Shown here: one piece after another, positions 27,914 to 38,200 of the stretch
How positions within the stretch are numbered: the first letter of the stretch is position 1
Layout: each line of letters opens with the position of its first letter
Source of the DNA: Verrucomicrobiota bacterium
GTDB taxonomy: Bacteria > Verrucomicrobiota > Verrucomicrobiia > Limisphaerales > Palsa-1400
DNA: 39,061 nt
NCBI GenBank assembly: GCA_049510745.1
Contig: JBEKYR010000046.1
Span: 1 to 39,061, forward strand
Direction: 5' to 3'
Notes under the pieces: model-generated
The model's database searches: none
The model's input: the letters and a program-made list of their open reading frames with translations, nothing else
Told to the model about the DNA's origin: nothing
Translations under genes and position numbers: made by a program

Positions 27914-30900
27914 ATGAAGCCATATATTGCGACGGTCTTTCTCGGCTTGGGCGTCTGCCATAGCGCCTGGGCCAAGCCGGCTGAGTTGTGGCAGAACGAC
28001 GGCGTGGTCACGGTCAGTCCGGTGGTGGACGCGGTTGGATTCTACAACGCCGGCGATATTGAGATCGAAACCGTTACCGGTTACAGCGCGACCAACGTCA
28101 ACAACATTTACGGCAATGGGTACAGTGTGCTGCCCTTCTCGACCAAGGATACCTTGTATTTCACCAACACGTCCAGCGGCACGATGATTGGAGAGCCGGG
28201 CTTTCGCTTCGACACCATCACCTCGACCTCCCGGCACAACGCCAGCAGGTTCCTCAACCAGGGCACCATCCTGGGCGTGGACACGGAAGCCACCCTGGTT
28301 ACTTTCAGCACGCCGGGCGGAACGACTTTTGTGGCGGTGGATACGGAGAGCCAGCCCATCCCCTCCCAAATAATGGTCCATGCGACCAACATCGTGAACC
28401 AGGGGACGATGGCGGTGGGCAATTACGGGCTGCTGCAATTGGAGGGCAGGAACGTCACCAATTCCTATGCTTCCCTTCAGGCGGGGGGCGTCAATTCGGC
28501 CGGAGTCATCACCGGAGGGACCAACCTTCAGCAAGTGTACGCCGCGGAGATTGACACGACATCGCGGCAGGAGAATTGGGTGATCGCGGGAAGCACCACT
28601 TACTTTTACCTCAATCCACCCTATGTCTATGATGTGTTTTGGGGGATTTCCAACACCCTGACGCTGGAGTTGGACAGTTTGGCGCCTCCGACCGTTCCCG
28701 GCATCAACGTGGGGGTTCGTGGATATACGGGAAGCGGCACGGTCTCCTTTCCGCTCAATCTCAACGCGCAATCCTTCGCGGCCTATGTCTATTCCAACGC
28801 CATACCGACGCCGACGAACGTCTATTATGACATCGTCTTCGTCAACACTAATTTTGCGGACGCGAACCTCTCGGCCCAGGTCGGATTCACCCAGCTTCCT
28901 GAGACCCAGGTTCTCAACTATCTGCCTCCCAACGACGCCAATGGGACGGGCGTGATCGTGCAGTTCAGCGAGCCGGTGTATGATGTCATCACCGGTGACA
29001 CCGTGACCAATGCCGTTTATCTGATGGACGGCGGGGCCTCGCTGGGGACGATGACCCTGTCCCGTAATGCCGGCAACGCTGACAGCACGTTCCGGCCCAA
29101 TGCCTTCGAGGTGACGACGGGGACTCCCAGTGAATGGCTGGCCGCCCTTCCGGCGAACATTCCGTACGATCGTTCCCTCATTTATACTAACGCACCAGGA
29201 GTGGAAGGGGATCAGAACGGGGCTTTTAACACGAAAGTGGCCTACACGGTGGGAGAGTATGGGGTCCAGATCGGGCGGAATCCCGAGGAAATGACCGGCG
29301 TTTTCAGCACCGGCACCGCCACGAACACGCTTAGTTTGCTGGAATCCGGCGTGGTCAACTTGCCTGATCCCACCAATGAGCCGGGGCGCATCGAAATTAC
29401 GGCCGAGAACCTGGAGCTGACCAAAACCCGCCTGCGGGCCGAGGGCATGGTCGTTCTCAACGTCACCAACCTGGTGGGCGGGGGCAGCAGTTCATCGGAT
29501 TGGGGCCTGATCAACAGCTCCCTGGGCGCGACCAACGGCAAGCTGGTCATTTCCAACCTCTATCCGACCACCTTCCAGCGCGTGCGGGGCGACATCTACG
29601 CCTGGACGGCGTCGTGGCAGAACGTCTTCACCAACGCATCGGTGACCAACAACGTTCATGTTCACTTGCTGGTGGTGGATCAGAACCTCCGGGGCACCTT
29701 CCAATCCACCATTCGCGACCTGAAATTGAGCGGCAAAAAATCCATCAGCGTGCAGGACAACCTGTACGTGGTGAACAGCGACCTTTTTGAGACGACGAAT
29801 CTCACTTTGAACGGCACGGTCCGATTCACCCAAAACGCGGCGGATTTCACCTCCAAGAACATGCCGGAAACGAAGAATTTCTTTGTCAACAGCAATGGCT
29901 ATGTCACCGCGGACAGTTCCCTGGTGGTGGGCTATGACCTGGCCAAGGGACAAACCGCGCCGGGCAAACGAAAGTACTCGATTGAGACGGTCACAAACTT
30001 TGGCACCCTCATTTCCACCGCCCCCCTGTTCGAGACGCCCATTTTTGAAAATGACGGGATCATTTACGCCGACAATGGCGGCTCGTTGGTGGTGGAGGCC
30101 AACGCCATCGGGCTGGGCTTGGCTCTGACCAATTCCACCAATCTTCTGGGCAATTTCACCAACTATCTGGCCGCGGACGGCAATGTCACTCTCTCCGCCG
30201 AAACCATTCGCGCGACCAATTCGATTATTTACGCCGGGATGGGGGAAGAGGGCACGCTGACTCTGGACGCTCCCGAGCGTTTGACCGACTTCGTTCCCGG
30301 CCTCCCCAGCACCAACAGCGCCCTGACCGATGTCAACTTCTGGCAGGTGACCGGGGGATTCTCCCTGCCCGTAAAACCACTGACGGGCGACCTGTTTGGC
30401 ACGGAGATTGAAACCATCGCCACTGGGTTTAACATCGCCAACCACGTGTGGGCGGGAACGGACCTGGGGAGCAACGTGGCGGGCTTTGTCAACAACGTCG
30501 TGATCGGCCATTTGAAGTTGTCGCTGCAGTCCGCGAACGCCGCACTGCATTTCTCCGGCGCCGGAACCAAGAACGGCATGTATGTGGACTATCTGGAACT
30601 GGATCTGACCTCCCAGTTCGGCAACGATTACCGGGACGGGTTGGTGATTGATCCCAATTTGACCATTTACTTTGCCGACGCGAACGTGGACCCGCTGAAG
30701 TTGGAGGATGCTTATCCCAACCGCCTGGTGTGGGTGCCAACTTTTGCCGGCCCCAACAGCACGGTGGCCGTTCCTTACAAAAACAGCACCAACGTCTGCC
30801 TGATGAACGCCGCCCTGGCCAATAGCCAGGACATTGCCTTTTTCCCAGGCGCCCAGCCCAACTACTATAACCGGCCTTACGTCTTGAACGACCCCAATAA

Positions 30901-32203
30901 TCCGACCAACATTTATCCTTGCCCCGGTGAAGAATCGACGGCTAGGGCCTTCCTGATCTCCCGCTCCGGAACCAACGCCACGATTGCGACGATTTCGGTG
31001 AACGGGAAAGGAAGCATTTCCCCCGCTCTCCAACCGGGGCAATTGGCGCTGGGCAATTCGTACACTCTCACCGCCACCGCGGCCAAGGGCTGGGTCTTTA
31101 GAGGATGGGAGACCAGCGGGTTGAGCGGGAGCGAGAACGTCCATTCCAACGTCTTGAGCTTCACGCTCCAGGCGAACACGACGATCGTGGCTGATTTCGT
31201 GACCAACCCGTTCGTTTCATTGAAGGGCGTTTACAATGGCTTGTTTTACGACCCCAACGAGATCAATCCGGGCAGTTCCGGCTATGTCACCCTGGCTCTG
31301 GGCAAAAACGGGGCTTACTCGGGCCGATTGTTCCTGGGGCCGGAGAGTTACGGATTCAGTTCCAAGTTCGACGGCTCGGGCGGCGGCCAGGCGGTAGCCA
31401 AACACGGCTCGAAGATGCTGGGGGTGAGCCTCCAGTTGGATACCACCGGCGGGACCGACCGGATTACAGGCCAGGTGGGCAAACTGGGATGGAATGCCCA
31501 GTTGTGGGCTGATTTGGGATTGACGTGGACGGCCAAGAAGCCCTCGCCGCTGGCGGGCAGGTACACCGCGTCGCTGCCGTGGACAAACGTGGACGGCCTC
31601 TCCGCGGGCGACAGCTACGCCACGGCGACGGTCAACAAGTTGGGGCTTTTGTCCGCCATTGGCGGCTTGGCGGACGGGGCGACGTTCAGCCAGTCGGCGC
31701 CCGTCTCCAAATATGGCCAGTGGCCGTTCTACGCCTACATTGGCTCCGGGAAAGATTTGATTTTGGGCTGGGTGGCGGTCAGCAGCAACGGATTAAGCTC
31801 AACCAACGTCGTCTGGACCAAGGGCACGAACAACGGCCGGTATTATAACGAAGGGTTCACCAACGTTCTCCAATTGATCGGATCGCCTTATCAGGCGCCG
31901 TCCAATAACGCCCCCGCGCTCGAGCTGACCAACCCGGTCGTGGTTCTGAGCGGGGCGGACTTGCCGCAGACTTTGACCAACGCCGTGACGTTGGGGCAGA
32001 ACCAGATGAGCTACACCTCGTCCGGGGTGACTTTGAACATCAAGGCCGCCGTGGGAAGCTTTAACGGACGATTGTTCAATACGAGCACCGGGAAGATCGA
32101 GAAGATGTCCGGCGTCGTATTGCAGAACACGAACAGCGCGCGCGGCTTTTTCCTCGGCACGGGCACGAACGAAAGCGGCGGCGTGCTGCTGCGGGGCAAC
32201 TAA
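27914..32203 (+). CDS. Large secreted Thr/Asn/Gly-rich surface protein (about 1430 aa) with an InlB-B/Flg_new-like repeat and a beta-rich C-terminal module
   Basis: GGAG ribosome-binding site, signal peptide ending AWA, a long beta-rich body, ISVNGKGSISP...YTLTATAAKGWVFRGW...IVADF, and a C-terminal module ending GFFLGTGTNESGGVLLRGN. Confidence 0.88.
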   Translation: MKPYIATVFLGLGVCHSAWAKPAELWQNDGVVTVSPVVDAVGFYNAGDIEIETVTGYSATNVNNIYGNGYSVLPFSTKDTLYFTNTSSGTMIGEPGFRFDTITSTSRHNASRFLNQGTILGVDTEATLVTFSTPGGTTFVAVDTESQPIPSQIMVHATNIVNQGTMAVGNYGLLQLEGRNVTNSYASLQAGGVNSAGVITGGTNLQQVYAAEIDTTSRQENWVIAGSTTYFYLNPPYVYDVFWGISNTLTLELDSLAPPTVPGINVGVRGYTGSGTVSFPLNLNAQSFAAYVYSNAIPTPTNVYYDIVFVNTNFADANLSAQVGFTQLPETQVLNYLPPNDANGTGVIVQFSEPVYDVITGDTVTNAVYLMDGGASLGTMTLSRNAGNADSTFRPNAFEVTTGTPSEWLAALPANIPYDRSLIYTNAPGVEGDQNGAFNTKVAYTVGEYGVQIGRNPEEMTGVFSTGTATNTLSLLESGVVNLPDPTNEPGRIEITAENLELTKTRLRAEGMVVLNVTNLVGGGSSSSDWGLINSSLGATNGKLVISNLYPTTFQRVRGDIYAWTASWQNVFTNASVTNNVHVHLLVVDQNLRGTFQSTIRDLKLSGKKSISVQDNLYVVNSDLFETTNLTLNGTVRFTQNAADFTSKNMPETKNFFVNSNGYVTADSSLVVGYDLAKGQTAPGKRKYSIETVTNFGTLISTAPLFETPIFENDGIIYADNGGSLVVEANAIGLGLALTNSTNLLGNFTNYLAADGNVTLSAETIRATNSIIYAGMGEEGTLTLDAPERLTDFVPGLPSTNSALTDVNFWQVTGGFSLPVKPLTGDLFGTEIETIATGFNIANHVWAGTDLGSNVAGFVNNVVIGHLKLSLQSANAALHFSGAGTKNGMYVDYLELDLTSQFGNDYRDGLVIDPNLTIYFADANVDPLKLEDAYPNRLVWVPTFAGPNSTVAVPYKNSTNVCLMNAALANSQDIAFFPGAQPNYYNRPYVLNDPNNPTNIYPCPGEESTARAFLISRSGTNATIATISVNGKGSISPALQPGQLALGNSYTLTATAAKGWVFRGWETSGLSGSENVHSNVLSFTLQANTTIVADFVTNPFVSLKGVYNGLFYDPNEINPGSSGYVTLALGKNGAYSGRLFLGPESYGFSSKFDGSGGGQAVAKHGSKMLGVSLQLDTTGGTDRITGQVGKLGWNAQLWADLGLTWTAKKPSPLAGRYTASLPWTNVDGLSAGDSYATATVNKLGLLSAIGGLADGATFSQSAPVSKYGQWPFYAYIGSGKDLILGWVAVSSNGLSSTNVVWTKGTNNGRYYNEGFTNVLQLIGSPYQAPSNNAPALELTNPVVVLSGADLPQTLTNAVTLGQNQMSYTSSGVTLNIKAAVGSFNGRLFNTSTGKIEKMSGVVLQNTNSARGFFLGTGTNESGGVLLRGN

Positions 32204-32240
32204 TCAGACGCGCCTGAGCAAGCAACAAAAGTTAGATGTT

Positions 32241-35200
32241 ATGTCAATAGTGCAACAAGAAATACTGAGGCGGGCAGCCCGGGCTGGCAGGGCGCTCTGG
32301 GCGGTGATGGCTTTCTGTTTTGGGAGCGCGCTCCAGAGCCAGGCCCAAGTTCCACCGCCCAATGACAATCTGGCCAGCGCCCAGGCGCTGGTCGGCGCCG
32401 TCGGCACCGTGACCGGCACCAACCTTTACGCCACCGCCCAACCGGGCGAACCGGCGCCCTATCCGGGCAACCCGGCCCAATGCTCCATTTGGTACCTCTG
32501 GACGGCGCCCTTCACCACCACGATCGATTTCAACACCCGCGGCAGCACGGACCCTTACGGAAATCAACTGGACACGGTCCTGGCCGTTTACAGGCTCACG
32601 AGCGGCACCAATGTGGCGTTTACCAATTTGACCTTGGTGGCGCAGAATGACGACGACCCGAGCGGCGGCGTGGTCAGCCGCGTGGATTTCCGCGCCACAT
32701 TGGAGACGATGTATCTGATTCAAGTGGACGGGTCCGTCAAGTACACCGGCACGGGGACCAATGCCCAGGGCTACATCCTGTTGAACTGGGGCAACAGCCT
32801 GGTGGCGGGCGGATTCGGTTTTTCCGCCCAGACCTTTCCGATTGGCAGCGCGGACGATTACATCGTGGACAACTTCAATGGCGTGCTCAACCCGAGCTTG
32901 CGCAATGAGCAGGTCAACGGCGCGCCCAACGCGCGCATCACCGTGACGCGCAGGGGCGGCTATACGGGGAGATGCGAAGTGCAAATGAACTTTGTCGCCG
33001 GCCTCTACACCAACATTTACGAAACCAACTACTACATCACCAACATCTTTATTACCAACTACTCGGCCGCCGGCCTGCCGACGAGTTTCACCAACGTCAT
33101 GATGACCAACACCGTGGCGATCAATAATTTTCAAGACAATTATTATGGCACGTATATGTATCTGCCGCTGGATTTCGACGCCTTCCAGGCCTGGACCAAC
33201 AACAACGGGACGATCCTGCCCCCATTTTCCACGAACCTGCCCCTGGGCACCTACGGTTTGCCGCAGTTCTTCACCAACTTCCCCTGTCCCGCCCCCCCGA
33301 TTCCCAACTCGGGCACCACGGTCAACTCGGATGGGAGCAGCGTTTATGGAATCACCAATGTGCTTTGCCTGAGCGTCGTCACCAATGTGATTGTGCCGGC
33401 GGCGATCAATGGCGTTCACTACACGGCCCTGAGCACCAATTTGACGTTCGATGATTTCCAAATGAGCCAGGATGTCTATGTGCAGATCAACCCGTACCTG
33501 AACACCATTTCCCTGCCTGCCGGCGATGAGATCCTTGATTATGATACCCCCGGCCCGGAGGACTCCATCATAGCGCGCGAGTACCCCGGCTTGGTTGACC
33601 GCAATTACACTTACGCGGGATTGAATGCCAACGTGTTCGTGACGCTGACCAACGCGGTTTTGGACCCGCAGGAGAACCCGGATATTCTGGCCCCCACCAT
33701 CAGCCAGTCGGCGGCGGCGGTGGACGTGCTCAATTACTGGGGCAGCCCGACACCGGGTTACACCAACAACCCAAACCTGGTTTATATCAACTTCGAGCGG
33801 CAGACCTACCGAGTCAACAAGGACGCCGGGGTGGCGGTGCTTTGGGTGCAGCGGACGGTCCGCGGCGCCGGCGCCAGCCACGTGGTCAACTATACGATTG
33901 ACTCCGCGCATACGGGCCTGACGGTGATCGATTACAACACTTGGGCGGCCGTGGCCGGCGCGGATTACGCCGCGCCCTCCAACAGGGTGGATCAACCTGT
34001 TTTTGATTTCAGGTTGCCGACCAATACGGACTGGAACGGCATTTATGGCACATTGACCTTTCCCCAGGACATCTTGAACGCCCAGCCCATTTATATTCCG
34101 ATCGAAACCAATGGCGCGGCCGAATTTGACCAGGACATCCTGGTGCAATTGTTTCTCACGACAGGCAACGCGCAGGCCGACGCTTCCGCGACGCCGCCCG
34201 CGACGCTGGGGAACATCATCAACGCCCATCTGACGATCAACTTCGACAACACTGCCGCCAACATCCAGCCGGGCGGCGCGGTGGACCGCACCTACAACGT
34301 GGATAATGTCAACAATTCCTATCCGCCGAACAATCAGATTCCGGGCACGCCGAGCGGGCAGGTCAACGCGGTGGCCATCCAGCAAGACGGGCTGGCGGTG
34401 ATCGGCGGGGAGTTTACGGATTACGACACCTACTCCCTCAACTACATGGCCCGGGTGCAGACCAACGGCTTTTTGGATCCGAACTTTTCGGGCTTGGGCA
34501 GCGGCCCCGATAATTATGTCAATGCCGTGGCGATCGACGCCGTGGGAAGGATTCTCATCGGGGGCAATTTTTCCTCGGTCAACGGCACCAACGCCTCTCA
34601 CATCGCCCGCTTGAACAACGATGGCTCGCTGGATGCCAGCTTCGTCACCGGCTACGGCTTCAGCGGGAACGTGCGGGCGTTGGCGGTCGATGCCAGCGGC
34701 AACATCCTGGTCGGCGGCGACTTTACGTCCTTCAACACGACCAATTGCAATCATATTGCGCGCTTGCTGCCCAGCGGCGGGCTGGACCCCTCGTTCCTGC
34801 CCAGCTCCGGCGCTCCCGGATCGGGCGCAAACCAGACGGTCCGGACCGTGGCCATTGACAATAATAACAACGTCGTCTTGGGGGGTGATTTTACGCAGGT
34901 CAACGGCACCAACTGGAACCGCCTGGCCCGCTTGCTGCCCAGCGGCGCTTTGGACAGGTCCTTCAATCCGGGCACGGGCGCCGACGGCTCGATTTTTTCC
35001 CTGGCGGTGCAGCCGAACAACGCCATTATCATTGGCGGCATCTTTCAAAACTTCAATCTGACCGCCCGCAGCGGCATCGCCCGCGCCACTGCCAGCGGGG
35101 CGTCGGACACGACGTTTGATCCGGGCACGGGGGTCAACGACGCGGTTTATTCCGTGTTGGTGCAGCCGGACGGGAAGATTTTGGTTGGGGGACAATTCAC

Positions 35201-38200
35201 CAGTTTCAACACCACGCGGCGCATTGGCGTGGCGCGGTTGCTGCCGCAGGGGTGGATCGACACCAGTTTCATGGACACGTCCTACAACCAATTCGCGGGC
35301 ATCATCAACCATTACTACAACACCAACGCGTATGACCCCGGCGACTTCCCGGCCTATTCCAATTTCCGCAATTCCATCCTCGCCATGGGCCTTGAGCCGA
35401 CGGGCAATGTGATTGTCGGGGGCTCCTTTTCGCGCGTGGGCGGCGGGTTTACGCGGGATGACGTGCGGGTGCGCATGAACGTGGCGCGTCTCATTGGCCA
35501 GCCGACGCCGGGGCCGGAATTGGGCGGCCTTGGCAACTGCCCCGGCAATATCACCCTGACGCAAAACCCCTACACGGTGGATGACTTCGCCAAGCAACTT
35601 TATGTCACCCTGCAACGCGTCAACGGAAGCCTCGGTCCGGCCACGCTCACCCTGGGAACCAACACCTCGGAGCCGGGGCCGGGGGCGGCTTCGCGAGCCG
35701 ACTTCGGATTATCCACTGCCACCGCTACTTATGGAGACATTTGGAACAACTGGTTCATCTACCCCGTCCCCAGTTATGGCTGGCGGGTGGCTGACGGTTA
35801 CTACGGCTTTAACAATAACATCCAATCTTTGAACGATTTCGGGGCATCGACGCTGTATTTGAGCATACATAATGATCTGGCCGCGTCGCAGAACTTGTTT
35901 GCCGGCCTGTCGCTTTTGAACCTCAATGCCTACGGGCTGATGACGCTGGGCGGCCAGCCGATTCCGCTCTTCCCTGCCTTGGGGCAATACGGGGCGAAAT
36001 TGGAGATCATCAATGACAACTTCCCGCCCGGCGTCCTGGGCTTCGGAGCGACCAACTACACCGTGACCGACACCGGCGGCTTTGTCACGATCAGCGTGCT
36101 GCGCACCAACGGCAGCGCCGGTGTTGCCACCGTCCAGTTTTCCACCCAGCAGGGCTTCACCAACGGCACGGGAACCAACGTGGCGACGCCCGGCAATGAT
36201 TTCATCTCGACCAACGGCACGTTGAATTTTCAAGGCGGGCAGACCAGCAACGGCTTTACGGTGCAGATCAGAGATCACAACAACCTGGTGCCGACGAAGT
36301 ATTTCAACGTGGTGCTGACCGCCCCCACCGTGGCGGGCTTCGACACCAACGTGCCGCCGGTGTTGCAGACCACGGCGGTGGTGGAAATCATCGACGGGAA
36401 CTTCCTGCCGGGACATTTGGCGTTCAGCCTGCCCGCTTACAGCGTGTTGAAAGGCACGCCGTCCACGGTGACGGTCAATCGCATCGGGGGGGCCAATGGC
36501 GTGTTGATGGTGCAGTGCGGCACCAGCGATGGCACGGCGACCAACGGGATAAATTATACGGGCGTCACTAATCTACTGACGTTTGGGAACGGGAGTATCA
36601 CCCCCCAAACCATGACCATCCAGACCCTTGACGACAAACAGGTGGAAGGGGACAAGCTGGTGAACATCTCCCTGTTCGGCGCGACAAATCAAGGCGTCGC
36701 CAACTCGTTGAGCAATAATGAAATCATCGCTTTTCCGAGCAATGTCGTGCTGACCATCCACGACATTGATTCTTACGGCTCCTTCAATTTCTCGGCGCCC
36801 AACTTTAATATCCTGCAAAACGCCGGCCAGGCCCTTATCACCGTCATCCGCACGGGCGGAACGGTGGGGTCGGTTTCGGTGAACTTTGCGACTTTCAACG
36901 GCACCAACGCCACGGCCCCGTACCAAACGGCGCTGGCCGGAACCAATTATGGCGCCACCAACGGGGTGCTCTCCTTCGGGCCGGGAGTGACCAGCCAGAG
37001 CTTTATCGTGCCGATCTATTACACACCCGCTGAAACCAACGCGGCCAATCGCCTGGTTAATTTGGTCCTCTTCGGCGGCAGCCCGGCCGGTGTGTCCAAT
37101 CAATTCCCGAAGACGGCCACCTTGACCATTCTGGACAATCAATTGGTTCTCAGTCCGGCCGGGTCGGTCGATCAAACCACGGCCAACGGCGCCGGCTTCA
37201 ATGACTATGTGGTTTCGCTGGCCTTGCAGCCCAATGGCGACATCCTGGCGGGCGGCAACTTCACCTTCTTCAATCAATTCCCGTTCAATTTCGTGGGCCG
37301 GCTCAATCCGGACGGTTCCTATGACAACACTTTTCTGTTCTCGCAGGCGGGGGCCAACAGCAATGTCAACCAGGTCCTCAGCCAGACACCCAGCGGCAAC
37401 CAAACCAATGGCAACATCATGATTGTGGGCGGCTTTTCACAAGTCGATGAGGTCAACCGGTCCGGCATTTGCCGCTTGAACCTGGACGGGTCCCTGGACG
37501 AGACCTTTAATCCAGGCGGCGGGGCCGACGGCGCGGTCTATGCGATTGCCCAATACGGGACCAATCTGGCCAGCGTGTCCAATTACTATGTCATTGGCGG
37601 CGCCTTCGCCAACTACTACGGAACTTCTTCCAGCGGCGTTGCCCGGCTGACGCCGGCGGGAACTTTGGACCCCAATTTTAGCGTCGGGGCGGGGGCCAGC
37701 AGCAGCAACAGGACCGTCCGGGTTGTGGCAATTGACGCCAATAATAATATCCTGGTCGGGGGCGATTTCACCTCCTTCAACAACGTCCCCCATCACTACC
37801 TGGTGCGGCTGAACGTCTCTGGATCGGTCGATTCCAATTTCGTCGCCTTCGACGGCATCCATGCGGACATTAACGGTTCGGTCCGCGCCATTCAAATTCA
37901 GCCCGACAGCCGGATTCTCATTGGCGGCTCGTTCACGGCCGTCAACGGGAGCAATTATAATTATATCGCCCGGCTGAATAACGACGGGACGCTGGACACC
38001 AGTTTCAACGTCGGCGCGGGCTGCGATAACAGTGTTCTGGCCATCACGCTGGATTCGCAGAACCGCATTCTCCTGGGCGGGGTCTTTACCCATGCCAGCG
38101 GCGTCACCCGCAACGGCATCACCCGGCTGAATCCGGACGGCACGGTGGACCCGACGATCAACTTCGGGTTCGGCGCCAACGGTTTTGTCGATACGATTGT

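Noticed and set aside
33000..33400. Diversity-generating retroelement variable or template repeat (AAC-rich)
   Set aside because: No second near-identical copy differing at adenines and no reverse transcriptase in the window. The AAC codons are explained by the TN motifs.
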